Numbered from the stretch's first letter, positions 13,215 through 29,416 are shown. The stretch: DNA of 64,000 nt from Eledone cirrhosa (GCA_964016885.1 OZ024740.1:403558001-403622000); one strand, 5' to 3'. Translations and numbers: made by a program. Notes: a model not told the origin generated them from the sequence alone.

Positions 13215-13478
13215 ATGCGGAGGGTTGTTTTGTCGACGGGACGCCGCTCTGCGACCTGCGGACACCGCGCGCCATCCAGCCTGACGGGAACGGGTCGCGA
13301 CGACGGATCGAAGGGGAAGTGCGTCCGATGCCGGCACCCCGCGAATCGTAACGCTGGCAAGGCGGTCGGCGGTCGACCCGTCGAAACGAGAGACCGCCGC
13401 CGACGCGATCGCCGACGACGACGGCGCCTTCAAACAGCAGCGGACTGAGTCCCCTCGCGACCGCGGTGAACGGTCCAT
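13215..13478 (-). other. GC/CpG-rich island, possibly a 28S rRNA D2 expansion-segment fragment
   Basis: Roughly 70% GC by eye in AT-rich DNA. Minus strand has GGGGACTCAG...GACGCACTTCCCC...CGCGACCCGTTCC, reminiscent of D2 anchor motifs. Confidence 0.35.
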
Positions 13479-13536
13479 ACATACATACATATATACATAC
13501 ATATATATATATATATATATAAATATATGTATATAT

Positions 13537-13602
<66 letters not shown>

Positions 13603-13607
<5 letters not shown>

Positions 13608-13859
13608 CGCAGTAGGCAGTGATTTTATCAATGGCTTGGAATTAGTCCTCGCTTTGCTTTTTCCATCCACTGAATTATTTTTGTATAAGTTCCCTGTGTC
13701 CACGTATTGCCTGGAAACTTGGCTGAGAATAGACTTCCCTGATGACGAAAGGCTTCTCCGTGCGTTCTTCGGATAGTACGTTTAATCCCTTTCAGAAACT
13801 AATTAGTTGGGAGTGAAATTTAAGTAAGTAAGTTAATTTTATAATTTTCTTATTTTACG

Positions 13860-13866
<7 letters not shown>
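13603..13866. mobile_element. Penelope-like terminal repeat family P2 in (TA)n
   Basis: Reverse homolog of 61821-62085 and 62351-62615. Degenerate CTGATGA...GATA hammerhead-like core at about 13739. Confidence 0.6.
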
Positions 13867-13924
<58 letters not shown>

Positions 13925-14272
13925 AACGGCGGACAACAGAGGCCACATACCGTTCCTCTCCGACAGATAACTTTCCCCCTCGGAAAACCCCCCAGTTGAT
14001 GGATGCGAAATCCGAAATATAGGGACAATTAAATCTCTCCCAAGGTAACTCTATATCGTGTTATAATTTTTATTTTTTACGGCCTTTCCTACGTTCCTCT
14101 ACACACTATACATCTCATTCTACATTTCCTCTTACATCTCTCTCTTCACCACCGGATTCTGTTACCCGGAGATTTACCCATCTGCATTGTTGAGGCTTCC
14201 AAAACGACCAAAAATTATATATATATATATAAATATGTATGTATATATATATATATGTTATGTTCCCGCTTC

Positions 14273-14660
<388 letters not shown>

Positions 14661-14805
14661 TCATACTCTGCTCCGTAGGAGCATAGAGTGCTCAACCGGC
14701 ATACCGCCTATGGAAGCATCTTAGCTACCATTAGACATATATATTCCGATTGCATTCGTTAGCTTAGCTGCAGTCAGAGCTTCGATTATGCTGTACTTCC
14801 ATTTG

Positions 14806-14847
<42 letters not shown>

Positions 14848-14904
14848 AAAAAAAATAAAATTAGAATTTTATTTCTCGCCCGAATACAGCTGGGGCATAT
14901 ATGT

Positions 14905-14963
<59 letters not shown>

Positions 14964-15293
14964 CACATGTATACATACATATATACATATACATATGTAT
15001 GTATGGCTTATCTCGAATATTAATAATAATATTCGATTCGTTTGTAAACAAACAGCCCGATTACAGCTGTGCTGTGCCAATGACAAATTGTCACCTGTTT
15101 GTTCAACAGTGACATTGAGGGACAATCAACATGTTTCTGGGTCATTACGCTTCACCAGGACTGTATACCTCTGCCAGTCTGTTGAACGGTTGAAAATATA
15201 TAGTATTTTCTTAAGTACACATCGGGTGAGTAGCCTCATTTGCATACCTAGCGATATACGGCTGACCGTGCTGAAAACTAAAACTAAAATGTC

Positions 15294-15429
<136 letters not shown>

Positions 15430-15698
15430 CGTGCGTGTATGTGTGTGTACGTATGCATACTTACATTCATCTATCACCTGTGCTAGGGCGAGAAATAAAA
15501 TTGTGCAGTGATGAGAGTGCGACTGGAGATGATAGAAATATGTAGGCAATGCAAGGCCAGGTGTTAGACGAAGGCTTAAGTCAGTGAACTCTTTTATGGT
15601 TTTTGAGAAGATTGGAGAGCCAAGAATGTAAGCATTATCCCTGCGGGTCAGACGTGCTGCGGGTCAGACGTGCTTCGGCTGAACGGGTTGAACGCTGA

Positions 15699-15768
<70 letters not shown>

Positions 15769-17634
15769 CGAAAGAGTGAAGAATAACATGGTCGGCTGTA
15801 CAAAGCAGTATTTACTGTTCAAAGCAGTATTTACAGTATTAACAATTGTTTCATTGATCAGGTGAGTCTAAAGGTCGCTGATCATTCGAAATTGCGTCAC
15901 TCGATCTTAAATACAGTGTGTGTCTCTGATCAAATCATCGGAATACTGGAAGGTGTAACACATGGCATTGGTATTTATAGATACATCGGAGAATCAAGGG
16001 AATGAAAACAATAACACCAATAATAAATGATAATTAAAAAAATAATTAAAAAAGTAATGATAAAAAAGTAAAAAATACGGTTACTGATAATAGTAGTAAT
16101 TCAATTTTTTTTTATTATCATTTATTATTGGTGTTATTGTTTTCATTATATATATATTTTTATGAAGGTAGAGTGGTGAAGTGGGTTCAATTGATTCAAC
16201 GTATTCACTAGAAATATTCTTGGTTAACATATAAAATTGTTTTACAGTTCTGTTTTTTTTCTGGTTTTCATTTTATTTTTATTTTTCATTTGTTTCTTAT
16301 ATCTGCTATCTTTTTGATCTTCATTCGCTATGCTCGCTGAAGCATGACATTGTAAATTAATGTGACAGCACTATTTCACTGAACCAAAGCAAACAGTATA
16401 ATTTCTCTTCAATAGAATCTAAGTCTTTCAGTTTTGAGATATCTTCGTTGAGTAACAAGTAGGTTACTTATTCAATTATCATTCCTGTCAGGCAAGCTTA
16501 TCTGTGTTTAATTAACTTTCATAATGGGTTGTATATAGAATTAGGAGGTACATGCATCAGAGTATGGTTTTCTTTACTCTCTCAGATGTTCCTTATGGAT
16601 CAGTGATAACTAGCTTAGGAATAGTAGAGCCCCGGCAATCACCAAATTTCTATATAAATTAGTTTCTCCCCTTACACATATCTCTGGCCGACACACAGCC
16701 ACTCCAACAACCATGATATCTCTCTCACCCAGAGACGACAATTTCTATAACTATCAGATTGCACGACTATATTCTTGTCGTGATTATCCACCACACATCT
16801 TCATATTTCACATCGCACCACCCTCATGAGATTAGAATACTTTCATAGTTGACGGAGAAACGTTATAATATAATAATGAAATTATTGTGTACAGTGCTCA
16901 GGTGCACTACAACTCATCTAAGGTGCATGTATAGTACATAGAATAATGTACAAATGTTAGGAAAATGAACAGTGTACGATGCATGAAATAAACGTGTGCG
17001 TGCTGGGTTAGTTCGATTCTAGCTGTCTAAACGGCCGGAGCTCAGCCGTCGGCCTCTTGACAATTTTCCTGTTTCCCACTCTACTCCCCTAAGTATCGAG
17101 TACTCTGGTGCCTTATGGTCCACCTGGTTTCTTACCACACTTCCTTCGTTATATATATATATATATATATATATGTGTGCGTGTGTGTGTGTATGTGTGT
17201 GTGCGGTTGTATGTATGCCGAAAGGCTCCGAAGAAAACGGACTTGATTATGTAAAACCAGTTTTGAAAAGGATCCCAACAGGATGGAAGATGACAGACAA
17301 CAAATGGTCGAACGTTTCTTGAGGTCCAAAAACTCTCAACAGACACTGGGAAAATACAGAACTCGCTTCCTATCGAGAAAACTAGAGGAAAACTGTTGTT
17401 CCATACACAAAGCATTCGCCGAGAGGACTGACTGACAAATGTATCAATTAGTTTAGAGAGAGAGAGAGAGAGAGGGGGGGGAGAGGGGAGAGAGAAAGGG
17501 GGATGGATAGAGAGCAAGAGAGAGGGGGGGGGGGCAGAGAGAGAGATAGAGATTAACAGAGAAGTGGAGAGATAAGGAGAGGGTAAAAGACGGGATGGAA
17601 GGAAGAGAAGAGTAAGGGAGGGAGCAAGGGAATA

Positions 17635-17679
<45 letters not shown>

Positions 17680-17938
17680 GAAAGTGAACAACACAAAATA
17701 TAACTACTCCATTACCAAAGGTTTCTGTATCCCAGACAATAATAATATGTCTGGATCCGTCGTCAGACAGAGATGTTATGGATAAAAAATATGAAATGAG
17801 ATTTAAAATCTGTTAAAAATTGGAAGTGAGGCTGGAAAAATAACGGGAAATATACATAAGAAAAGAGGGGTAAGAAAAATAATATAGAAAAATATAGAAA
17901 AAGACATATGTATACATATACACACACGTACACACATT

Positions 17939-18019
<81 letters not shown>

Positions 18020-18358
18020 CGAAGGAAATGTGGTAAGGAACCAGGTGGACCATGACGCACAAAAGTACTCAATTAGCCGTCGAAACGGCTTGAGCTCAGC
18101 CGTCGGGGTCCTACTCGTTCCTATTTATATACATATATGTATAACCTAAAAGGTTTCTTAATAACTACATAGTTTGTTCCGTAAACCAGTTTTGTTACAA
18201 GAAAACAATTCTTACTGTTGTGTATCAAATCAATCTGTCACACGAGTAGTTGTAAAGTATTGAAAGCTTCAATCTAAGATTACAGATAAGACAAAGCTTA
18301 CTATTGTTCGAAAATATTGGATTCTAGTTTGCCAAGCGTATGACATTTTGTTACTTCC

Positions 18359-18456
<98 letters not shown>

Positions 18457-18504
18457 ATGTATGTGTATATGTATGAATGTATATATATATATATATATAT
18501 AATA

Positions 18505-18547
<43 letters not shown>

Positions 18548-18566
18548 GTATGTATGTATATATGTA

Positions 18567-18616
<50 letters not shown>

Positions 18617-18928
18617 ATACAAACACATATATATATATGAATACATAAATAACATACATAAATACAAACATAACATTTATGCATATATTCAAATCATTCA
18701 TATGCAAACGCACATGCACAGATTATGCTTTTGTCAACAAAGAAACATGCACGCGTAGCAGATTATTAAATAAACGAGTACTTTGGCATTTTCCCTACCA
18801 TTTATGGTATATAATATATGATATAATGTATAATAATATGATATAATATAAAATAATATAATATAATATAATTGAACATAATATTACATATATATATATA
18901 TATATAAACATATACATGTATGTATGTA

Positions 18929-19038
<110 letters not shown>

Positions 19039-19460
19039 AATCAGGAAAGAAGAGTGACATGGTTTGCTATACAAAAAAGGTTTTTAATCTCATTGCTGAC
19101 AATTGTTTCTCTGAATTGGTAGGTCTAGAGATCGCTGCCCGCTTATTTTCACGTTATTCGATCACCAATACAAAGTTATAACCAGTCAATTGATTTATCA
19201 TTACTCCAAGTGTTTACAACATAAGAATTACTGCGTACTCGCAGCATCACTATGGAAACGCCTTGTTGAATCAAACTTAGCCAAACGTTGATATCATCCA
19301 CTACTCGGAGTACCATAACTGGACTACACTTAAGTGGACTACCTATAACAATAATTTGTTACCCCGTATATATATATATAGCGGTAATAACTTGATAGAA
19401 ATATCCAAAGTATAGAGTAACTCAAGTCCGTAGGGGGAGTTTTTAAAACATCATTATTTA

Positions 19461-19620
19461 GGCATGGTGTCCGACCCTCTACCGATACTGCCAATCCACC
19501 ACCCTGCCCTTAATAATTGTTTTTATTTTAGGCACAAGGCCAGCAATTACTTAGTACATTACTGGTACTTTATTTTATCGACCCCGTAAGGATGAAAGGC
19601 AAAGTTAACCTCGGCGGGAT
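19461..19620 (-). mobile_element. Two abutting SINE family A fragments
   Basis: Head fragment 19461-19500 and tail/core fragment 19512-19620. Confidence 0.75.
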
Positions 19621-19817
19621 AATAATAATAAATTATATATTATATTTGATATTTCATACACTTAACATGTCTGCGCGACGTTAGGTTTCGGGGTTTAGTT
19701 ATGACCAGCATGTTAAGTGTAAGAAATTTTAATTATCCTAAATAAGCTCTCTTGTATTAGACTGAGTATCGTTTTCCTTGACTTTTTATCTATGGCTATT
19801 CTGCTTATATATATATG

Positions 19818-19868
<51 letters not shown>

Positions 19869-19908
19869 TTATGTATATATGCTTTTATATATATATATAT
19901 ATATATAC

Positions 19909-20006
<98 letters not shown>

Positions 20007-20007
20007 G

Positions 20008-20052
<45 letters not shown>

Positions 20053-20099
20053 TGTATATATATATATATATATACTGTATATATATATATATATATATA

Positions 20100-20177
<78 letters not shown>

Positions 20178-23100
20178 TATATATATATATATATGTATGT
20201 GTGTGTATGTGTATTTATGTGGTTGTGTATATCTGTGTATGCGTATGCATATATATCCGGCGCGTGCTGTATACATTAGTAAAGTTAATTTGTAACAAAA
20301 GGCCTTATCACTTCGAGACAATGCACATATTTTCCTGTTTACTTAAAGCATTTGGCAAATTATTCAAGTCTCAGTAACTGCTTCTTACACAATATCACTA
20401 TATACAGAATATACCAAACGCCAGCCATAAAAGAGACAATGTTTTGTGATATAGTCACATAACGGCTCTTTCTTTCGCTATTTTGTGCTTTGGAATGTTC
20501 CGATTATGTTTTTTCCGTTACGGTCGTAACTAGGCTAAATGCTTAACAAATTCACTTCGCAATTACTAGTTACCGGTCTCAATTCCACTGCGTGGCATCT
20601 TGAGCATTTGTTAGTAACAATGGCTTCGTGTCGACCTAAGCCTTTTATTTGAAATTGGGAATACAGAAAATGGTGGCTAGCCGTCGGATGGACATGTAGT
20701 TTTAATTCTAAGAGTCAGCTTTGTCAAACACTGTATCACACTGAATCTTTCCGAGAATTGTATTAAGGCCTTCAGAATGCTCAGAAGGTTCTATTTGCGT
20801 GTTAAGTTTAGAACACTAATCTTTAGATTTTGATCTCTACGTCTGTTGTCTTAGAAAGGTATTTCTATTGATTTAAAAACTTTACAAATCCCCATTATAA
20901 ATGTGTATTTTGCTTAATTTGGAATTTCAAGCACATTCTGTTACAACTAGTGTTAAAGGAATTCTCAATAATTTCATCAAACAAGAATGTCTAAAGTCCA
21001 ATGATATAAGTAAAGGTAATGTCCACTCCCCTTCAACATATCTTAGAATAGATGACAATTGTTAAAAACCTAATTTAGCCGGATAATCCAACAACCCTCA
21101 ATGCAAAAGTTTCCAATAAATATTTTGTATTTCTGTTTACCTTACAGAGACTTCGGTGCTTTTATCTCCTGAGCAGTTCGCAAACATAGAGTTGCAGTGT
21201 TGGACCTCAACCGATGCTATTGAGAGAACGCTAACTGAGTGAATTATCTCATTAGTAATGAAATTTCTCAACTTAATCCACGAAGAACTTCGTGGAAAAA
21301 TTAATAAAGAATGGAGGAAATTGAAACTGCAAGATAAACTCGGTAATGCGGTAAAATGCCTAGAAAATTTTGGTTTAATATTTCTCAAGCAAAATGTAGT
21401 GACAAATATTACCTCCCTTTATAGTCTAACCTTTTCAACGCCTCATTTTTCACAGCTGCTGGAAGACTTTCCTCCTTACTTAACAACAATAGAGTTAAAC
21501 ATTCGTGCCTCTTTTAAAATATCCACCTAAAGTATGTTTATAAAATATTAACTGCATGAATTGGAATTCACTGCAATAGCTTTGTGATAAAATGAAAGAA
21601 AATGCGTTTAGTTCGTGCCCCAGCATGGCCACTGCATATGACTGAAGCCAACAAAAGGATAAAAGAATAAAAAATAGTAATGAAGTAGTTAATGAATTTC
21701 TTTTTTAATGAAATATAAGGCAAGTTAAATGTATTTGTCTTTGTTTAATGTTTTATATGCTTTTTTTCTATATTGATAATTTGAAATCTAGTACATTTTT
21801 GTGTGTTTTCCTATGTTTCCATGCTAGGTTAGGTATTATTACAAAATAAACTTTGGCAGCTCTGATCACAAGGCGTCACCTTGGATATAGCTGAAGTGTG
21901 AACTAATGGAAATTGACATCCCTACCTTAAAAGCAAACATGGATTGCAGTACCAAGGAAAATGAAGATTAACAACTCTTAGCTAAAATAAAGATGATTTC
22001 AATGGCATGCCGTACACTCTATATGCTATATCCAGCTGTGTATACTACCAGCAGAAGTAAATAAAACAAACATTCTAAATAGCATTTGTTTCTACTAAAC
22101 ACAGATAGGGAAATAGGAATACACCTCACAAAAAATGTCAGAATAAAAAGGATATTTTCACCTATATATATATTATATTTCTAATAACTTATATTGCAGT
22201 TATATTAAAGAAATTCCATCAACTCATTAAATTATATCGACCCCGCCTCCTCCAGTACTAATCCCTTTATTGATTATCTTTAAATAAATCAGCCAAATTA
22301 CACGAAACAACAGATAATCAGAATAACGATACAGAATATTTAGTTCCATCTATCCAAATGCTGTTAAATTGTTCACCATATTTAAGCTCTGCCTGCATTT
22401 GCCAACATCAGTTTTCATCTTTAAAAATATAGATGGGTTACATGCTAGAGATAATTCAGCCAATTATACACCCCTATTTAGAAATGTTCTTTGTTTCAAA
22501 CGATTCCGAGTCATATTTTGTTGTTTAACACCAGCTCAAACTTAGTTAAGAAAACCTATGATAAAAAACAAACATCCCAGACATAATCCCAAACACATTT
22601 TTATGTATCTACATCTAGAACTACATCATGAAATGTATCCCTCCTTTTATCTGACGATGGGGCAGGATTCGAGAAAGATTTGTCTGCTATTCGTGGTAAA
22701 TTGAACAACAACACACAGGCTACTGTGATGATCTGATAGTCTGTCTTTCTGTTTTGCTGTCGGACTGTGATGAAAAATCATTTATTTCTTGGTGTAAAGA
22801 TCTAGTATCAGGGAATATTAGATATTCAACAAGAGCACCCTGAACTAGCTAGATTAAATAGTGAATGAACGATTTTGATTATAAATCCCATCAACGCGGT
22901 ATTGCTATCTGATTAATAAAATACACAGACATGTTATATGGCGTGCGTAATGAGGATCACTTTAAATAACTTTATTGTCAGAATAATAAGAAAACAGAAT
23001 GAAATAAGCTTTAAAACAGATTTTAGAATTCATTCATTGTTTCAGAATTATTATAAAGGTGAAGTAGAATATTGTGAACATTTGCTATATACATTAACAA

Positions 23101-23211
23101 CACTAATAAAGTTACATTTCTACAAAAAGAAATAGAAATGAGGTTACGCCTACGGCGTGGTTGACACCTCATACTGAAATCACAACTCAGACACTTTCAA
23201 TCATACATATG

Positions 23212-23349
23212 CAGTACATTACTGGTACTTTATTTTTATCGAGCCCGTAAGGATGAAAGGCAAAGTTAACCTCGGTGGCATTTGAACTCAGATCGTAAAG
23301 GGACGTAACTATGCTGGAAAGCATGTCCGACTCTCTACCGATACTGCCA
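23212..23349 (-). mobile_element. SINE family A
   Basis: Reverse match to the consensus core and head. Confidence 0.85.
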
Positions 23350-23569
23350 GAGCTCATCAGTTAAGTATATCCATAGCAGTCAGCAAGACTTAGAAACAAC
23401 CAGTATACATAGAAATAGAGGCAAAGCAATGAAATTAATGATGAGAATAATAAATTATTTAATATCTGGCCCATATTATCTTATTTATATTTTTATCCTC
23501 CATTGATTTGAGGAAAAGAAGTGCGACAGAGAAATAATGGTAGGTATAGATATAGGTATAGATCACAGT

Positions 23570-23863
<294 letters not shown>

Positions 23864-24145
23864 ATGTATGTATATACATGTGTGTGTGTGTGAATTTATA
23901 TTCTAAGGACTTAGTCATGCGGGGTTTTTTGAAAATATCATATAATAGACATCACACCACCCGGTCTGTTTTCCTATATTCTCCCTTCTTACCTATTCTA
24001 CACCTCAGTGTCCTTTGTCTAATTCGGACAACAGTCCTTATTCTCTTCTTTTTTACTATTTCTCTCCTTTCGCTAAGCCCTTGCGTACTGGAATGAACGG
24101 TACGGCCTTAATGCACCGAAACCGTAGTGATTTCCAGAATCCCTT

Positions 24146-24241
<96 letters not shown>

Positions 24242-24263
24242 TATATATATATATATATATATA

Positions 24264-24551
<288 letters not shown>

Positions 24552-24571
24552 TATATATATATATATATATA

Positions 24572-25495
24572 TAAGGGTACCCCTTAACAATAGGTTATTT
24601 TCCGAACGTTTTGCTGCTCCCACCTCTAGTCCTGTTTCAATCAACAAAATAACGGGGTGTGCAAACCTTCAGCTCAAGCGGACGACTGTTAGGCGACCCT
24701 CAAACGCATTGAAGTTAGAACATAGTATACGCAACGATTAATTATGTTCAAAAGCGGTATACGCTATCTCGACCATTTTCTTTTTTCTTCTTAGAGAAAT
24801 TTGTGTGGAAACACCCACCAAATGTTTAAAAACGTTCTGAATCAAATTTACCAATACTTAATTTGGAAAATTCTTGAAATAACATGAAAAACTTAAGAAA
24901 TATTAGGTTTTCTTAATAAAGCACATAACTTCTATAAGAGAAACGCATTTTTATTTACAACAATAATTTCTATCAAATCGAAAACGTAATGTGAACACTG
25001 AACACTGAATATTGAACATTATTTTAACATAAGAGAGGATTTAGTGTCAGTTGGGTATGTTTTACGGTTTTCGGTAACGATCTGTAAAACAAATTGTTTC
25101 TCAGTTTCATCTTTTGTGAGAATGTTATTGTAATCCTGAATGAGTTTGACACCTTTTTCTGCAACATCATTCACAACAACTGTCTTCTCAAGTTTTTCAA
25201 GTCCATTTTGTAACCAGGATCATCCTTCCATGTTGAAGGGTCTTTGTCGAGGAAATCGGTGTCGAGAAAATCTTTGTCGAGAAAATCTCGCGAAGAAAGT
25301 TTTTGTACCTGGAGTTACAAACGACGAAAACTCGATGTTTGTAAAGGAAGAAAAGTCATTTTGGTGCAGAATGTACCTCTTCAGTTGATTTTTTTCTTCT
25401 TATTCTTCACGATTGTCTGCTTCCAGCATAACTTGAGCAATATTTACCTTAACCTCTGTTGGAACATTGTCATCAAATATGGATAGAGCCACAGT
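24572..25495 (-). mobile_element. DNA transposon relic, hAT-superfamily (hATm-like) transposase C-terminus
   Basis: Minus strand, with a stop and frameshifts: VALSIFDDNV...FVTPGTKTFF...FLDKDPSTW...VVVNDVAEKGVKLIQDYNNILTKDE..KQFVLQIVTENRKTYP. Possible TIR start TAAGGGTACCCC at 24573. Confidence 0.65.
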
Positions 25496-25510
25496 ATATA
25501 TATATATACA

Positions 25511-25559
<49 letters not shown>

Positions 25560-25664
25560 TGTGTGTGTGTGTGTGAGAAAGACAATCAGAAGGTGGAAAA
25601 AGAAAGATATTTATATTTCATCATTCATGATGTAGCAGTAATTGTACTCATATACACCTCTATT

Positions 25665-25851
<187 letters not shown>

Positions 25852-25867
25852 TATATATATAAATATA

Positions 25868-25951
<84 letters not shown>

Positions 25952-26028
25952 GGGAGAGGTGGGGAGAGAAAACGTGAGTCGTAGGAAGTGAGAAAGAATG
26001 ATAGATGCATACATTATTAGATTTATAT

Positions 26029-26127
26029 AGGTTAACTTTGCCTTTCATCCTTACGGGGTCAATAAAATAAAGTACCAGTAATACACTGGTTAATTGCAGG
26101 CCTTGTGCCAAAAGTAGAAACAATTAT
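26029..26127 (+). mobile_element. SINE family A, 5'-truncated
   Basis: Core and tail match the consensus. Confidence 0.8.
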
Positions 26128-26157
26128 TAGATTTATATATAAATGTATATGTATATA

Positions 26158-26188
<31 letters not shown>

Positions 26189-26189
26189 T

Positions 26190-27306
26190 TACGATATTAA
26201 ACAAATGGAAACTATATTTATAAAACCATATTTATTTCATTATACATATTTCGGGGATACCATATTAAAAATATGGCATGCCTTCAGATAAAATACAATA
26301 TATAAACAGTTTTATAAATAATTTTGACGTACCATAAATATTGACCAACCGTTATGTACGAAGCTGGTTTGGTAGTGAGATGTTTATAAATATTTAGTGT
26401 TAAGCACAGTTAAAAAGAAAGACGGAGAAAAAGAAGAAATGTATGTAAAGAAAAACAGAGAGAAATAGAGAGAGATAGGGGAGTGAGAAATAGTGAGGAG
26501 GTGAAAAAAATTATTTTCACACATTATATATCTATTTCTCATTCATGAATATTGATATTTACATTATATTACCCAATTCATATGAATTGATAATTCAAAT
26601 TGATAGGACATAACGTAAAGATGTAAATCTATCATCCCTCTCTCTAGATATAGCTCTTTCTTCTCCTCCCTCTTTATATATGATGAAGTCTATGTATCGG
26701 TTGTTTTAACTTTGCCTCTTGAGTTTCTCTCTTACTTCTCTCTTATTTCTCTCCTATTTCTCTCACCTCCCCATATATAATTATTATTATTTGGTCTACC
26801 TCTTTTTTCCCCCCACCTCTATCTTTCTCTCTCTCTGTTTTCTCTTCATTTTTTATTTCTCTCCTTCTCCTCCTCAACTGTCCTTAACACTATAACTAAA
26901 TAATTACAGTACTCCCTCCCTCCTAAATCTCTCAATTTGTATGATGAATTATTATTATTCATCTGTTGCCTCAGCTGCCTCTCTTTTTTCACCTCCTCAC
27001 TATTTCTCTCTCCCCTATCTCTCTCTATTTCTGTCTGTTTTTCTTTACATACATTTCTTCTTTTTCTCCGTCTTTCTTTTTAACTGTGCTTAACACTAAA
27101 TATTTATAAACATCTCACTACCAAATGAGCTTCGTACATAACGGTTGGTCAATATTTATGGTACGTCAAAATTATTTATAAAACTGTTTATATATTGTAT
27201 TTTATCTGAAGAAGGCATGCCATATTTTTAATATGGTATCCCCGAAATATGTATAATGAAATAAATATGGTTTTATAAATATAGTTTCCATTTGTTTAAT
27301 ATCGTA
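26190..27306. mobile_element. Large fold-back Penelope-like element, family P4 (about 320-bp inverted arms)
   Basis: Arms 26190-26510 / 26984-27306 are nearly identical. Termini are shared with 61347-61700, and the right arm carries a hammerhead fold. Confidence 0.75.
27198..27263 (+). ncRNA. Type-I hammerhead ribozyme fold
   Basis: UAUUUUAU-CUGAAGA-stem II (AUGCCAUAUU/AAUAUGGUAU)-GAAA-UAUGUA-UA-AUGAAAUA. 8-bp stem I with one GU pair; A-C mismatch at the base of stem II. Confidence 0.6.
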
Positions 27307-27638
27307 TATCTACTCCAAAACTTGTCGAGTGCTTTATATCAGTTATAAAATATTTACTTGTTGTAACCCAACAATTTTATATAAAACTTTTGCATATATA
27401 TATTTATATATGTGTATGAGGTGAGTTTTATTGTAGTACAATAAAGCAATGCAGATATCGGATAAGTAGCACTCAACATATGTTGATTTTAAAACTGCAC
27501 TATTCACAAGTGTTTTTTAACCTTCATATCATGTCAGCCTATTTTATCTGACGAAAACGCAAATGTCATCTCATGATGATATTTGTTTTTGAAATGCGCA
27601 TAATAAAATACATGGAACTCTTTTAACCATCTTTTGAT

Positions 27639-27711
<73 letters not shown>

Positions 27712-28795
27712 ACACACACATATATTTATATATATATATATGTACGATATATATATATATGTATTGTACGTGTGGGTGACTTTTTATGCGTATCTTTCTA
27801 CGTGACAACGTTAGCATATCAATGTTTTATTTAGTTTGTGAAATGATAAGTACTTAATATTATTCGGTGTTAAGTCATTTCCACTTTATCGATAATATTA
27901 GAAAGTGAAAGAAAAATAGGACAGTAACCTGTTATTACAACAGTGCATCGAATTACATTAAAATTACTGGCACCTTTGTTATCTTCTTAGCCTATCAAAA
28001 GCTATTTGACAAAGTCCTTTTATCTCACTGACTAACTGTCAATGTAAATTTTACTCATTATATATAATATAAACATGTTTATGAAAAACATAAGAACGCT
28101 GTGGAAAGGTGTACTAAAAGGTTTTTGTATTCGTTAAAAATAAATCTGCCTTATATGAACAATTAAGTAAATAGGCGGTCAACTTTAGAAATGAACATAA
28201 TATATCAGATGTTCGAACTATATGATGACTTAATGCAATATTGTCTTTTGTCTAGAATTCATGGTATTTTCCTCTTACAGCATGTTCTTTCAGCGTGGCA
28301 AACAAAAGAATAAGTGAATCAACAATAAAGTTTTTTTTATGAAAAGCACGTATAAATAAATATTGACATACGACAATTATGACATTGGAAACAGGTAAAG
28401 AAAGTTTACTTGTAAGTTACCTGCAAAGACATTAGTATATTCGCTCGGTTCGAAAATAGATTTTGAATAATATTCGCTGTTTTGTTAAGTCCCGAGTTTT
28501 CGACCTCCAGCTTAAGATCATTCCATGTATTTATAATATTGTATAAAAGCACTTTTTCTTGTCTTGGATCATTACTTAAGGTTAACCATCAAATATGTTA
28601 AAGAAAAGTACCCGCTTTCAGTATTTTGTCCTGTTTGTTGCAACTCAAGCATGTTTTCACTTTTGGTCAAAATTGTAAGCAACGGTATAAACAACTTTCT
28701 GTCGGTTAGATTTAATAAAAGGACGATAAATATGGTTGATATCTTTAAAAATAGTTGTAGACTTTTATGAGGACGAAAAAGGAAATAACTAACCG

Positions 28796-28965
28796 CTAGA
28801 GGGTCGGACGCTATGCTTTGCAGCATAGAGTTACGGCCCTTTACGGTCTGAGTTCAAATCCCGCTGAGGTTAACTTTGCCTTTCATCTTTACGGAGTCGA
28901 TAAAATAAAGTACCATAATGCACTGGGATAATTGCTGGCCTTGTGCCAAAACTAGAAGCAATTAT
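28796..28965 (+). mobile_element. SINE family A
   Basis: B-box, core and tail match. Confidence 0.88.
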
Positions 28966-29416
28966 TTCAGAACGATTAGCAAAAGCAAGAAATAATATCG
29001 TAAAATATATAATACAGGATGTTTCAAAGACAATCATCCGATTTCAAAATGCCTTTTGATACACCCTGTATAATAAAAGAAGGATACAAATATAAAAAGG
29101 TATCAGGAGAGCTTCACCTACACAACATACAAAACAATACCATACACATCTATTATTGCATATATATATATATATATATATATGGATGTGTGTGAGTCTT
29201 GGGTTCAATCGGGGTAAGGTACTCAATACATTAGTAGAGTGTAAATATCAAGTTTTTTTTAATAGAAATGGCTTCTACAGGACTAGAACTGTTTCATTCA
29301 AAAGAAATCATCATGAGCTGGAAGTAGTCCATGAATCTATCTAGTATTTAGTGTTCTCCCACGGTTATTGAGGTAGTAGTGACATGGTCACAGCTTAAAA
29401 TACCCTCAGCGTGACA

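Noticed and set aside
12760-13482. 240-aa minus-strand ORF and overlapping ORFs
   Set aside because: Open because of high GC content and repeat sequence; no domain and no credible start context.
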